A stretch of DNA of 64,000 bases from Parcubacteria group bacterium Greene0416_36 (GTDB taxonomy: Bacteria > Patescibacteriota > Patescibacteriia > VMEV01): NCBI GenBank assembly GCA_007375725.1, contig VMEV01000001.1, positions 15,503-79,502 on the forward strand. The letters run 5' to 3'. The notes beneath the pieces are model-generated. The model saw only the letters and a program-made list of their open reading frames with translations. It was not told where the DNA came from and did no database searches. Numbering within the stretch: the first letter of the stretch is position 1; each line of letters opens with the position of its first letter. Positions 27,978 to 38,203 of the stretch are shown here, piece by piece. A program made the translations under genes and the position numbers.

Positions 27978-28991
27978 TCACCCCACCCCCTTCGATCTCT
28001 GATACTGCCCCAACCCCCGCGATTTCGTACCCGAACGGAGTTTTTTATATTCGTCTTCGGGAAGCTCGGTAATCGCGCAACACTCCGTAGAACAAGTTCC
28101 TCGGAAGCGCGAAACACACTCAGGGCAGGCGATCATGAGTCGATGGCACATGAGATTGGCACAATTGTGGTAATCGTCTCCGGGCTTTCCGCAGATATCG
28201 CAGAAACTTAAAATATCGGCCGTCACGCGCTCGGACATTCGGCCGTCAAAGACAAAATTTTTGCCACGAAATAGAGATGAGATTTCCTCTTTTTTCACAT
28301 CATGTGCATATTTGATCACTCCCCCTTCCAGCTGATATACATTTTTAAAGCCCTGCGCCTTGAGATACGCGCTCGCTTTCTCACAGCGAATGCCGCCCGT
28401 GCAGTAGAGAAGAACCTTCTCATTTTCTTTCCCCGCTAATTTTTCGCGGACCAGAGGCAGCTCATCGCGAAAGGTCACGGCCGGAGGGCAGTAGGCATTC
28501 TGGAATGCCCCAATCCGGCTCTCATAGTGATTGCGCATGTCCACGACATTCGCGCCCTGTTCAATCATCAAATTGAATTCAGAAGCCCTCAAATGAGTGC
28601 CCACGCTTTGCATATCATAAGACCCCAGCGGCAAATTATCCGCCACGATCTGCGCTTTGACCTTGATTTTCAATTTTATAAAAGAGAGGTGATGTTCCAC
28701 CGCGATATTAAGGCGAATCCCTTCCAATCCAAAATCTGTTAAACTTCCCACAAAGCTCTCCCAATTCTTCTGGGGCACCGAAATCTGCGCATTGATTCCC
28801 TCCCCCGCCACATAAATACGTCCCAAAACCCCAATCGCGTCCCAGACAGCGAACAATCGGTCCCGATATTCCCCGGGATTGGCAATCTCAAAATACCAAT
28901 AAAACGATAGTGTTTTTCTGCTTTCTTGTTCACCGAGAACCTTTTGGAGGGCTTCTTCGGGAGAAAGGAGGTTTCGAAGAGGGGAAGACAT
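27978..28991 (-). CDS. trhO: Rhodanese-domain tRNA uridine(34) hydroxylase
   Basis: GRIYVAGEGINAQIS, DMRNHYE, YCTGGIRCEKAS, GKNFVFD.R. Confidence 0.93.
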   Translation of the reverse strand: MSSPLRNLLSPEEALQKVLGEQESRKTLSFYWYFEIANPGEYRDRLFAVWDAIGVLGRIYVAGEGINAQISVPQKNWESFVGSLTDFGLEGIRLNIAVEHHLSFIKLKIKVKAQIVADNLPLGSYDMQSVGTHLRASEFNLMIEQGANVVDMRNHYESRIGAFQNAYCPPAVTFRDELPLVREKLAGKENEKVLLYCTGGIRCEKASAYLKAQGFKNVYQLEGGVIKYAHDVKKEEISSLFRGKNFVFDGRMSERVTADILSFCDICGKPGDDYHNCANLMCHRLMIACPECVSRFRGTCSTECCAITELPEDEYKKLRSGTKSRGLGQYQRSKGVG

Positions 28992-28997
28992 AAAATT

Positions 28998-30107
28998 CTA
29001 ATTCATCTCGCGCCCCAACTCCTCGAGCAATTCCTTCGCCCGTCGCGACAATTTCTGCGGCACATCTACGGTAATTTTGAAAACATGATCGCCGCGATGG
29101 CCTCGGGAATCCGGTACCCCTTTGCCTTTAAGGCGCACTAAAGCCCCGCCGGCAGTTCCAGCAGACACGACTAATTCAAGGTCGCCATCAAGGGTGCGGA
29201 CTTTCTTTTTTCCTCCCAAGGCGGCGATGGGGTATGAAATCACGAGACCTGAATAAATATCGCGTCCCTGCCGCTCGAATTCGCGGTGAACGCGCACAGA
29301 AATATGTAAATATAAATCTCCGGAAGTGCCTCCCGCCGAAGCATTGCCTTTGCCCATGACCTTCACGACTTCCCCAGAACTAATGCCCGGTGGAATCTGG
29401 ACCTTGATCTGGTCTTTTTGTTGGAGCAGTCCTGAGCCGCCGCATTTCTTGCAAGGCTTCTCGGGCATTTTTCCGGATCCTGAACAGGCCGAACACGTTA
29501 CCACGGTCTGAATATTTCCCAAAAATGTCTGCCGCACCTCGACTCGCTGGCCTTTTCCCGCGCAGGACGGACAGGTCACAATCTTAGTCCCAGCCTGGGA
29601 GCCATTGCCCGAACAGTCGGCGCATTTCTCGACCCTCTGGAGCATGATTTCCTTTTCCACTCCAAACACGGCCTCCTCGAAACCGAGTTCGAGCGCGGCT
29701 TCGATATCCTGGCCGCGCGAAGAACGGGAAGACCGGCCGCGTCCGCCTCTCCCCCCTCCAAAAAAACCCTCAAACATGTCTCCCAAATCCCCAAAATCAA
29801 AATGCACACCCCCTTGTCCGCCTCCGCCCCCAAAACCTTGGGCGAAATCCTGCCAATTGAATCCCCCAGCGCCGCCCTGCCCGCCCATTCCTCCCTGAGA
29901 ATCAAAAGTCGTCCCATACTGATCGTATTGGGCCCGCTTGGCCTTGTCGGAAAGCACCTTATACGCCATGGCTACCTCCTTGAATTTCTCCGCATCTCCC
30001 CCTTTTTTATCAGGATGATATTGATGCGCCTTGGTACGAAAGGCCTTTTTGATCTCTTCCTCAGAGGCGGTTTTGGGAATGCCTAAAATATCGTAGTAAT
30101 TTTTCAT
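28998..30107 (-). CDS. dnaJ: Chaperone DnaJ
   Basis: HPD, G/F region, four CxxCxGxG repeats. Confidence 0.98.
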   Translation of the reverse strand: MKNYYDILGIPKTASEEEIKKAFRTKAHQYHPDKKGGDAEKFKEVAMAYKVLSDKAKRAQYDQYGTTFDSQGGMGGQGGAGGFNWQDFAQGFGGGGGQGGVHFDFGDLGDMFEGFFGGGRGGRGRSSRSSRGQDIEAALELGFEEAVFGVEKEIMLQRVEKCADCSGNGSQAGTKIVTCPSCAGKGQRVEVRQTFLGNIQTVVTCSACSGSGKMPEKPCKKCGGSGLLQQKDQIKVQIPPGISSGEVVKVMGKGNASAGGTSGDLYLHISVRVHREFERQGRDIYSGLVISYPIAALGGKKKVRTLDGDLELVVSAGTAGGALVRLKGKGVPDSRGHRGDHVFKITVDVPQKLSRRAKELLEELGREMN

Positions 30108-30115
30108 GTGTTTAT

Positions 30116-31972
30116 TTATTTCTGTTCCCCCGTCGGATTTTCAGGATTCGCTCCCGGAGGCGGAGTTCCGCCCTGAGCACCGTACATATGTTCACCAATC
30201 TTCATGGCTGCAGCCTGTACCGCATCGATTGCCGATTTGATTTCCGCGGCATTCTCGGAATTCTGTACTTTTTTGAGGGCTTCGAGCTTCTCGGCCACGT
30301 CTTTCTGATCTTCTGGTTTCACCTTATCTCCCAGGTCTTTAACTGTTTTTTCCGTGGTGTAAATCGTTGTCTGGGCCATATTCTTTGCCTCAGCCAACTC
30401 TTTCTTCACGCGGTCTTCAGCTTCGTGGACTTTTGCCTCATTGGCCATCTTCTCGATTTCCTCTTTGGAAAGTCCGGAAGAAGCGGTAATGGCCACTTTC
30501 TGAGTTTTACCCGTGGCTTTGTCGAGCGCCGAGACATTCACAATGCCATTAGCGTCGATATCAAAACTCACTTCGATCTGCGGCACACCCCGGTGAGCGG
30601 GCGGGATGCCGTCGAGAATGAATCGGGCCAAGGTCTTATTGTCTCGAGCCATTTCGCGCTCGCCTTGGAGCACATGAATTTCCACCGTGGTCTGATTGTC
30701 CGCGGCCGTCGAAAAAACCTGTTTATGAGAAGTGGGAACCGTGGTATTTCGAGTAATCATCTTGGTGGAAATTCCTCCCATAGTTTCAATTCCCAAGGAC
30801 AAAGGGGTGACATCGAGAAGCAAAATATCCTTGACCTCTCCTTGCAAAATTCCGCCTTGGATTGCGGCGCCCATGGCCACGACTTCATCGGGATTCACCG
30901 AAACATTGGGCTTCTTCTTGAAAAATCCTTCCACGGTCTGGAGTACCAATGGCATGCGGGTCATACCGCCGACCATGATGATTTCGTCCATATCTGCGAC
31001 CGAATATTTCGAATCAGCCAAGGCCTTTTTGCAAGGCTCCATAGTCTTCTCCACCAGATGACGAGTCAATTCCTCAAGCTTCGATCGCGTGAATTTCTTG
31101 ACCAAATGCTTGGGGCCGGAAGCGTCAGAGGTAATGAACGGCTGGTTGATCTCGGTTTCGAGCGAGGTGGAAAGCTCGATTTTGGCCTTTTCTCCGGCTT
31201 CCTTGAGGCGCTGGAGAGCCATTTGATCCTTGGACAGATCAATCCCATATTCTTTTTTGAAGTCAGTGATCAGCCAGTCGATAATGACCTGGTCGAAATC
31301 ATCGCCACCCAATCGAGTATCGCCATTGGTCGCCTTCACTTCGACTGTATCGTCGCCGATTTCAAGCACGGATACATCAAAGGTTCCTCCACCTAAATCA
31401 TAGACGAGAATTTTCTGCCCTTTTTTCTTATCGAAACCATAGGCCAAAGCAGAAGCAGTCGGCTCATTGATAATGCGTTTGACATCCAGTCCCGCAATTT
31501 TTCCCGCGTCCTTGGTGGCCTGTCTCTGGGAATCGTCAAAATAAGCGGGAACCGTGATCACGGCTTCGGTGATCTTTTCTCCAAGCCGTTCCTCAGCATC
31601 CAGCTTGAGCTTCTGAAGCACCATGGCGGAGATTTCCTGCGGAGTATATTCCTTTCCGGCCATCACAACCTTCACTCCGTCTCCAGAACGAATCACTTTG
31701 TAGGGAAGCGTTTTGGTCGAATTTGTCACGGACGAATCATCGAAACGGCGGCCGATGAGCCGCTTGATCGAATACAGCGTATTTTCCGGATTAGTCACCG
31801 ACTGGCGCTTAGCCAATTGGCCCACCAATCGCTCGCCGCTTTTAGTTGTGGCAATCACGGACGGCGTGGTTCTGGCTCCTTCCTTATTCTCCAGGACGCG
31901 TACCTTCCCTCCCTCCATCACCGCCATAGCCGAATTTGTCGTACCTAAATCAATACCTAATATTTTTGGCAT
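30116..31972 (-). CDS. dnaK: Chaperone DnaK
   Basis: [34 protein letters not shown]. Confidence 0.99.
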   Translation of the reverse strand: MPKILGIDLGTTNSAMAVMEGGKVRVLENKEGARTTPSVIATTKSGERLVGQLAKRQSVTNPENTLYSIKRLIGRRFDDSSVTNSTKTLPYKVIRSGDGVKVVMAGKEYTPQEISAMVLQKLKLDAEERLGEKITEAVITVPAYFDDSQRQATKDAGKIAGLDVKRIINEPTASALAYGFDKKKGQKILVYDLGGGTFDVSVLEIGDDTVEVKATNGDTRLGGDDFDQVIIDWLITDFKKEYGIDLSKDQMALQRLKEAGEKAKIELSTSLETEINQPFITSDASGPKHLVKKFTRSKLEELTRHLVEKTMEPCKKALADSKYSVADMDEIIMVGGMTRMPLVLQTVEGFFKKKPNVSVNPDEVVAMGAAIQGGILQGEVKDILLLDVTPLSLGIETMGGISTKMITRNTTVPTSHKQVFSTAADNQTTVEIHVLQGEREMARDNKTLARFILDGIPPAHRGVPQIEVSFDIDANGIVNVSALDKATGKTQKVAITASSGLSKEEIEKMANEAKVHEAEDRVKKELAEAKNMAQTTIYTTEKTVKDLGDKVKPEDQKDVAEKLEALKKVQNSENAAEIKSAIDAVQAAAMKIGEHMYGAQGGTPPPGANPENPTGEQK

Positions 31973-31984
31973 ATTATTTACATA

Positions 31985-32069
31985 AAATCCCCCTCAGTCC
32001 CCCTTTGACAAGGGGGAGGCTGCTACGCCCCCTCCCTTGTCAAAGGGAGGGTTGGGGAGGAATTTGTTG
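31985..32069. repeat. ~87-bp double-hairpin element
   Basis: Same family as 8022-8109. Confidence 0.88.
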
Positions 32070-32071
32070 TT

Positions 32072-32506
32072 TTACTTAATATTCTTAACTTTAATCTGTT
32101 TAATTTTCTTCGATTCTTCTTTTTCCTTTGGAATTAAGACTCGGAGGATGCCGTTTTTGGAATATTCAGCTTCGGCTTTATCAAGCAGAAGCCCGGTTGG
32201 CAATGGAATCACTCGAGAAAACTGTCCGGTCTGGATTTCTTTCCTATAATATTTTTCCTCTTCCACCTCGGTCTTGGTCTCAGTTTTACCGGACACCACC
32301 AGACGTCCTTCCTCTACGCTCAGCTCCACATCCTCGCTTTTGACCTTTGGAATGGATAATTCCACAACCAAATTGCCCTTTTCAAGATACATGTCCATTT
32401 TTGGAACAAAAGACATATCAGTCCAGCCCTTTGGAATATCGAGGGCAAATTCTTTGAAAAACTTGTCAAAATCCCCGGACATGGGGATGAGATTGATGAT
32501 GGACAT
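32072..32506 (-). CDS. Hsp20/alpha-crystallin small heat-shock protein
   Basis: PKMDMY, GQFSRVIPLP, AEY..NGILRVLIPK. Confidence 0.9.
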   Translation of the reverse strand: MSIINLIPMSGDFDKFFKEFALDIPKGWTDMSFVPKMDMYLEKGNLVVELSIPKVKSEDVELSVEEGRLVVSGKTETKTEVEEEKYYRKEIQTGQFSRVIPLPTGLLLDKAEAEYSKNGILRVLIPKEKEESKKIKQIKVKNIK

Positions 32507-32513
32507 AGAAAAT

Positions 32514-32599
32514 AACAAATCCCCCTCGGTCCCCCTTTGACAAGGGGGAAGCTGCTACCCCCTCCCTTGTCAAAGGGAGGGTTGGGGAGGGATTTGTTG
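32514..32599. repeat. ~87-bp double-hairpin element
   Basis: Same family as 8022-8109. Confidence 0.9.
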
Positions 32600-32611
32600 C
32601 TAAATTGTTAA

Positions 32612-33127
32612 TTACTTCGCCACAATCACCTTTGCATGACGGAGAACCTGGCCGTTATATTCATACGCTCCGCATAATTCACGGAGAACGACACCGGACA
32701 CTCCGTCTTTGACCATTTCCTCTCCCACAGTTTCGGCATATTTCGGATCATAGGGCTTACCCAACAGCTCGATACGTTTGACTCCCAAACCAGATAGAAA
32801 CACATCCATTTGGCGTCGAATGCCAATAATACCCACCACCCAATCTTGTTTTTTCTGATCCTCGGGAATAAAGTTTCCTGCCATGTCCCAGTGTTCCACC
32901 ACCGGCAAAAGGCCTTTGATGAAAGACTGGAACGAAAATTCTTTCATCTTGTCCTCCCGGCGAACCACTTCTTTTTCCATATTCTGATAGTCCGCGAGCG
33001 CTCGTTTCCACCCCACGAGATACTCCAGCGCTTCTTTTGTTTTCACCGCCAGCTCGTCTTTTAAATTCTGTATTTCGAGAAGGGTGATTGATTTATTTTC
33101 TTGACTTTTTTGTTCTTCATTATTCAT
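32612..33127 (-). CDS. grpE: Nucleotide exchange factor GrpE
   Basis: RALADYQN, LLPV, YDPKYAE, VLRHAKVIV; operon context. Confidence 0.92.
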   Translation of the reverse strand: MNNEEQKSQENKSITLLEIQNLKDELAVKTKEALEYLVGWKRALADYQNMEKEVVRREDKMKEFSFQSFIKGLLPVVEHWDMAGNFIPEDQKKQDWVVGIIGIRRQMDVFLSGLGVKRIELLGKPYDPKYAETVGEEMVKDGVSGVVLRELCGAYEYNGQVLRHAKVIVAK

Positions 33128-33153
33128 ATTTTTGTAGTGGATTATCTTTCTAT

Positions 33154-33276
33154 CCGACCCTTCGACTCGGGGCCCTTTGGGCCGCCTCGCTCAGGGTCTA
33201 GCGACCCACACCTCTAGCCACGGGTCGCAGACCCTGAGCGAGGCGGCCGAGTATCGGCCCCGAGTCGAAGGGTCGG
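33154..33276. repeat. 123-bp branched inverted-repeat element
   Basis: ccgacccttcgactcggggcc...ggccgcctcgctcagggtct / agaccctgagcgaggcggcc...ggccccgagtcgaagggtcgg. Confidence 0.85.
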
Positions 33277-33330
33277 TAACAAAGCACAGAATAATATAAA
33301 GGAGAAAGTCATTCTATTGTAAAACACAAC

Positions 33331-33906
33331 CTACTTCCTAATTTTTAAATCATACAAAATCTCCTCCACTCGGCTCAAATTGCGCTTGGCGTCATCGAAT
33401 TTGGAACGGAGTTTGCCGACTAGGTCGAAACCCAAAAGGCCGGCGACCACATTTTCGGTGAAAGCGCGGATATTTTTGATTTCAGACTCCGAATCCTTCT
33501 TGCCTTCTACAACCAAGAGCACAGCGCGGCGAACCAGTTCACCGGTCACATCGCAAACAGCCCCCAAATACTCCTCAAAAAATTCGACTTCCACGGACTT
33601 GAGTAATTCCACAGATTCTCCTTTGAGATACATATAAAAAAACTTAGCTTCAAGATATTCTTCCAGCGCCGCGCGAAACACGCCTTCGGAATCCTCGCCG
33701 TCGGAGAGCCGGTTGATGTCCTTGATTTTGGCATCCATCAAATCAAAATTCTTCTCGGCCAGAGCTAAATCATTGCGATGCAGAGCAAAAATAGACTGTT
33801 TGGCAAGCTTCAAAATATCAGAAGACTCGGCAATAACGGCGTGACGGCTCTCTCGATATTTTTGATAATGAGACAAAAGCTCAGGAAACATTTTTTTAGA
33901 GATCAT
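33331..33906 (-). CDS. Translin/TRAX (C3PO) family protein
   Basis: KQSIFALHR, ALEEYLEA, YLGAVCDVTGELVRRA, LRSKFD. Confidence 0.82.
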   Translation of the reverse strand: MISKKMFPELLSHYQKYRESRHAVIAESSDILKLAKQSIFALHRNDLALAEKNFDLMDAKIKDINRLSDGEDSEGVFRAALEEYLEAKFFYMYLKGESVELLKSVEVEFFEEYLGAVCDVTGELVRRAVLLVVEGKKDSESEIKNIRAFTENVVAGLLGFDLVGKLRSKFDDAKRNLSRVEEILYDLKIRK

Positions 33907-33938
33907 ATTTTTTCTATTTTAATCATGTGAAGCGGAAG

Positions 33939-34018
33939 CAACAAATCCCCCTTAATCCCCCTTTGACAAGGGGGAGACTGCGCCCTCCCTTGTCAAATGG
34001 AGGGTTGGGGAGGGATTT
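33939..34018. repeat. ~87-bp double-hairpin element
   Basis: Same family as 8022-8109. Confidence 0.88.
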
Positions 34019-34022
34019 TTAT

Positions 34023-34712
34023 TTAAAATTGTTCAATTTTATTACGGCAGTATTCGAGCAAGGTCACATTATAATTATAATCCATTCTCATGGGGCCTAG
34101 GAGAGCCAGCATTCCGGGCACTTTATTTTCATAACGAACCAGTAAGGTGGAATAATAAGCTCCAAAAGGATTATTATTTCCCACAAAAATATTCACTTCT
34201 CGGTCAATCTCGCCAAACACACGAGAGGCCGCTCCGGTGAGATTATCAAGCAAAACCGAAACATCCCGAACCTGATCGATTTCATGAAATTCTTTCTTGG
34301 AAAAAAGATGAGAAAGTCCGGTATAAAACACGTCACTATCCGAAAAAGCCACTATCGCCAAGTCCACCGAGCAATTGGCCAGCCCCTTTGCCATATTTTT
34401 GGACCGTGTACGAAAATCCAAATTCTCGCCCAAGGCCGACTCTTCCAAAAGTGCCCGGTCCTTGGCGGTTAACTCGCGGCGATCCATGCAATGAGCGATA
34501 TAGTGCTGATAGGCAACTTCCGTAGGAATTCTGCCGGCGGAAACATGCGGCTGATGCAAATACCCCAGGGTCTCCAGCTCCGACATTTCATTCCGAATGG
34601 TAGCCGAAGACAATTTTTGCGACGAAGACAAAGCGACCGAACCAATAGGTTCGCCGGTTTCAATATAGCTTTTCACTATTTTTCGCAGAAGGTGTTCTTG
34701 TCTCTCGGTCAT
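34023..34712 (-). CDS. hrcA: Heat-inducible repressor HrcA (short form)
   Basis: YIETGEPIGS, SSATIRNEM..LE..GYL.QPHVSAGRIPT, GPMRMDY. Confidence 0.95.
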   Translation of the reverse strand: MTERQEHLLRKIVKSYIETGEPIGSVALSSSQKLSSATIRNEMSELETLGYLHQPHVSAGRIPTEVAYQHYIAHCMDRRELTAKDRALLEESALGENLDFRTRSKNMAKGLANCSVDLAIVAFSDSDVFYTGLSHLFSKKEFHEIDQVRDVSVLLDNLTGAASRVFGEIDREVNIFVGNNNPFGAYYSTLLVRYENKVPGMLALLGPMRMDYNYNVTLLEYCRNKIEQF

Positions 34713-34714
34713 AG

Positions 34715-34758
34715 TGTCATTGCGAGAATCGGCGTCTTAGCCGAAGCGAAGCAATCTC
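34715..34758. repeat. GTCATTGCGAG...GAAGCAATCT palindromic element in the hrcA leader
   Basis: tgtcattgcgagaatcggcgtcttagccgaagcgaagcaatctc; single copy in the window. Confidence 0.5.
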
Positions 34759-34772
34759 ATGGAAAAATCCTT

Positions 34773-34799
34773 TTAGCACTCACCAAAGACGACTGCTAA
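34773..34799. promoter_or_regulatory. CIRCE operator (HrcA site)
   Basis: TTAGCACTC-N9-GACTGCTAA, one mismatch to consensus. Confidence 0.95.
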
Positions 34800-34803
34800 A
34801 AGC

Positions 34804-34832
34804 ATTATAGGAACACCCAAAAACAATGTCAA
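34804..34832 (-). promoter_or_regulatory. Sigma70 promoter of the heat-shock operon
   Basis: TTGACA-17 bp-TATAAT on the minus strand, just upstream of CIRCE. Confidence 0.92.
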
Positions 34833-34895
34833 ATACAAACGCAAAAACGCCCTATATAAAAGCGTTTTTCAATGCAATTGATCCCAAATCTAGAG

Positions 34896-35480
34896 TTAGA
34901 TTTTCTCAGGAACCCAAAAGCTAAACTGACTCGGCACCTCGAGCAATTTTTTCTCACCCAAGGCAGAAAGCACGGACCGCATGCAGTAATATTCGGGAAT
35001 AAAATCATGCGTTCCCGCGCACCACGCGTTTCGATTGTCCGACAAATCTTTGCGAATCGAATCCAAGGTCTTCCATTCCAAATCCGCCACCTCGCTGGCC
35101 TGGGGCACCAAATCTTTAATCGGCACCGAAGAAAGAATCACGAACTCCTTGACCCACAATCGAGCGATCTCAATCTTGGTCACCCGCCAAGGGATCAATT
35201 TCTCCGGAGAGACCCAGAGCCCCACTTCCTCACTCAATTCTTTTTGGGCATTGGATTCATAAGATTCGCCGACCCCCACATGTCCGCCAAAATGAGTGGA
35301 CCACACTCCGGGCATGCGTTCTTTGGCCAAGGACCTCTTGTGACAGAGAATTTCTCCCTCATGACTCATCACAAACACATTGGTCGACCGGCACCACATT
35401 TTTTTCTCCAGTACCTCGGCCCGAGGAGCACACCCTTTTTCAATATTTGTATGCTCACATACGATTGGAAGCATTTCCAT
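34896..35480 (-). CDS. NUDIX hydrolase (Idi/YfcD-like)
   Basis: KRSLAK..MPGVW, GGHVGVGESYESNAQKELSEEVG. Confidence 0.88.
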   Translation of the reverse strand: MEMLPIVCEHTNIEKGCAPRAEVLEKKMWCRSTNVFVMSHEGEILCHKRSLAKERMPGVWSTHFGGHVGVGESYESNAQKELSEEVGLWVSPEKLIPWRVTKIEIARLWVKEFVILSSVPIKDLVPQASEVADLEWKTLDSIRKDLSDNRNAWCAGTHDFIPEYYCMRSVLSALGEKKLLEVPSQFSFWVPEKI

Positions 35481-35501
35481 ATCATTAAAAAGCAGGAAAA
35501 C

Positions 35502-35746
35502 AAAAAAACGCCAACATGACGTTTCAAAACTCCATTATATTCTAAAAAAGAGTCTCGAAACAAAATGGATCCTCTATTATTGAGGACAATCAGCTGATTT
35601 TCTTATTCCCGCCAAAAGCTAAGAATAAATCCATTTGTTTCAAAGTTTTGGTCCGTTTTTAGTTCCTTCAGATTGGCGAGTACCGCAAATATTGCGAATC
35701 GGAGAGCCAATCTGAATAAAAACAGCTTCAATCTTGAAACAAATGT
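35502..35746 (-). ncRNA. Candidate structured leader/sRNA (~245 nt) upstream of the NUDIX gene
   Basis: Promoter TTGATT-17-TACAAT (35753-35781), long rod hairpin, three further hairpins, terminator AAACGTCA/TGGCGTTT-TTTT. Confidence 0.6.
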
Positions 35747-35881
35747 ACAGCTATTGTAGCGCAATTTACGGATAAAATCAAGCCCTTTTAAAATTCGACC
35801 CTTGAAATAATTTCCCCGAAATGCTATCTTAATCCCGTTATTAGTGTTCTCTACATTTTTTCATAAATCAGGAGATAATTC

Positions 35882-36403
35882 TTGAAAAAAAAGATTATCG
35901 CCGTGGTCATGGGCTACGGCGCAATATTTCATGAGGGAATACGACAGTATCTAAATAAATTTCATGAACACTCCCAAAAAATACAGTATTCGGTCATCAT
36001 CACGGCCGGAGGAGTCACGAATCCAATCAAAGCTCCCGGGGTCAGCGAAGCTGGAATGATGGCGGATTACTTGGAGTCGCTACAACTCACAACTCCCATA
36101 ATCAGAGAAGATAAATCTCATAGCACAAATGAGAATCTAAGAGAAGTCAAAAAGCTATTAGATTTGCACAATATCAAGGTTGGGACAATAGTGATCTACA
36201 GTGATGCGATTAGAGCTTTCAAAATTCGAATCATTGGCAGAATCATTCTAGGAATATGGCCCCAAGTCATTGGCTATCCCCTCACCAAAAGCTGGAAAAG
36301 CAAAGTATTGCAAATCCTGATCGCCACCCCGCTGGACATTCTGGGTGCGCTATTCCCCCAACTCGAAAAAATCGAACGGGCGATACTCAAACTCAGGAAA
36401 TAA
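35882..36403 (+). CDS. YdcF/DUF218 family protein
   Basis: AGG.T, SEAGMM..YL, EDKSHSTNEN; AGGAG SD with TTG start. Confidence 0.8.
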   Translation: MKKKIIAVVMGYGAIFHEGIRQYLNKFHEHSQKIQYSVIITAGGVTNPIKAPGVSEAGMMADYLESLQLTTPIIREDKSHSTNENLREVKKLLDLHNIKVGTIVIYSDAIRAFKIRIIGRIILGIWPQVIGYPLTKSWKSKVLQILIATPLDILGALFPQLEKIERAILKLRK

Positions 36404-36594
36404 AAAAATTTATTTCTCATCAAAAATACAAAAGCAGTAAGGAAAATAGAATTCTTACCGCTTTTTTAAATCCCCAAAAAACTCATGAATGCATGTAGAA
36501 AAAAACAAATCGCAATTTGACTTTTAACACAAACAATGCTATGTATTTCTTGCGTACATGAACAATTGAATACCCCTCCAAATAAGGAGATCAC

Positions 36595-38127
36595 ATGAAG
36601 TTCAATGGAAAAAAATTAATAAAAGCGGGGATCAAAGTCATTGCCGAAGGAATCCCTTTTTTTGGGAAATTCATCAAAGCCATCGGCGAGATGGAATCCG
36701 AAGAACAAAGCATCGAGATGCAGGAAGGCATCAAGCAATCGGAATCCAGAATCGATGTGCTCGAAGATGCCATTCAGGATATCCTGACTCAGAATACTGA
36801 TATTGATTCTTCGGTCAGAAAAATCAAAGAGGTACTGGAGAACCCACAAACTTGCCTGAATTTCTCACTACTCCCCAATCTCATCAAAGGAAAACACGAT
36901 TTCTTCAAGATACTTGCTTCCCCCGGAGATTACGGCGGAACCGTTACCAGTCCCCTCGGAGCCACCGAATACCAAAAACATCTCATCCCCATTATTTCCT
37001 ACGCCCCCGACGGAGAAACCTTGCTCGTGACCCAATTCCCAATCGGAACATTCAAACTGATTTCGAATGTTCTCAAACTCGAACATCCCGACCGCCTTTT
37101 ATCTGCTCACGATGAACAGTCTATCTGGACCCTGAAGAAAGAGATGCCTATTTTCCATGAAACCTCAAATCAAGCAAAGATTGCAGAAGAACGCGTCCAA
37201 AACAATTGGACTCCTCTGGGCGGAAAAATAGACGGATGGGAAATCATACGGTTCGTCATGGACGATGATATAAAGTACTGGGATTCAAAAATCAAAACTC
37301 TAAAAACGCATCGATTTCAACCAAAAATCCTTTTGATTTTCGATTACTCCGTAAAAAATGTCCTGAAGGAAAGCGGAATGTTTGAACTGATCGATTTCTT
37401 CTGCGAACAAAAAACAATTCCATCTTTTGTGACAGGCGGAGAACACATTAAACAATCCCTCATTCGTTCTGGTCTTTTAAACCAGGATCCTTTTGGAAAG
37501 ATAAAAACGCTTCACGGTTATGGATTCAAATATTTTTCTTCTTGGGCAGAATTGAATGGAGAATTGGATATCCTCAGAAAAAAAAGCAACCCAATCAAAG
37601 CAAAAGCCCAACCAGATGACAATTCAGATCCCTATCTGAAAAGAATTGAAATCCACCCCCAAAAAAACCGACAGGATGAAGTGACATTTGTGAAAAAGGA
37701 AAGCCAATGGTCTATAGGCAAAGAAAAAAAACGCCGTCATTATAGCGAGGTACAAATAATGAATCCGATGGAAGAAGAAAAGGCATATAGGTCTATTATA
37801 GACATGCGCATTCATGACGCTCATATTGTATGCTTCAACTTCGAACACTATGAATGCTATAAAGGAGAAACTCCTTACTGCGATACCATGAACAAATTTC
37901 TAGGTCAGGCCGATACTGAGAGTAATCCTAAACACAAAAAGCAACAAATATCCTTGTGTTTCCAGAAAAAAGTAACATTATTGATCCTTGGTAACCCAAC
38001 TATGACCAAGGAGATCAACCTTTGGCATGGCATCGAGGATTTTGAAAAAGCATGTCAGCTCCTCTATATGCCGAGCAATTTACACAAGGAGGAGTATTTA
38101 AAACAATTCCAGCTTACTCTAGTCTAA
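36595..38127 (+). CDS. Hypothetical multidomain protein (N-terminal helical/coiled coil; possible STAS-like domain)
   Basis: 510-aa ORF, AAGGAG SD, upstream TTGACT-17-TATGTA. Confidence 0.7.
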   Translation: MKFNGKKLIKAGIKVIAEGIPFFGKFIKAIGEMESEEQSIEMQEGIKQSESRIDVLEDAIQDILTQNTDIDSSVRKIKEVLENPQTCLNFSLLPNLIKGKHDFFKILASPGDYGGTVTSPLGATEYQKHLIPIISYAPDGETLLVTQFPIGTFKLISNVLKLEHPDRLLSAHDEQSIWTLKKEMPIFHETSNQAKIAEERVQNNWTPLGGKIDGWEIIRFVMDDDIKYWDSKIKTLKTHRFQPKILLIFDYSVKNVLKESGMFELIDFFCEQKTIPSFVTGGEHIKQSLIRSGLLNQDPFGKIKTLHGYGFKYFSSWAELNGELDILRKKSNPIKAKAQPDDNSDPYLKRIEIHPQKNRQDEVTFVKKESQWSIGKEKKRRHYSEVQIMNPMEEEKAYRSIIDMRIHDAHIVCFNFEHYECYKGETPYCDTMNKFLGQADTESNPKHKKQQISLCFQKKVTLLILGNPTMTKEINLWHGIEDFEKACQLLYMPSNLHKEEYLKQFQLTLV

Positions 38128-38203
38128 AACCAAAATAATTTCATATTATACAAATAATATAAGCCATCAGGACCGAATCTGATGGCTTTGTTTTCTGTGC
38201 CTA

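Noticed and set aside
30188-31396. 402-aa plus-strand ORF
   Set aside because: Antisense shadow of dnaK, a well-known artefact; no independent motifs
35520-35745. CRISPR array suggested by GTTTCAA/TTGAAAC motifs
   Set aside because: Motifs occur as inverted pairs, not regularly spaced direct repeats with spacers; no cas genes in the window
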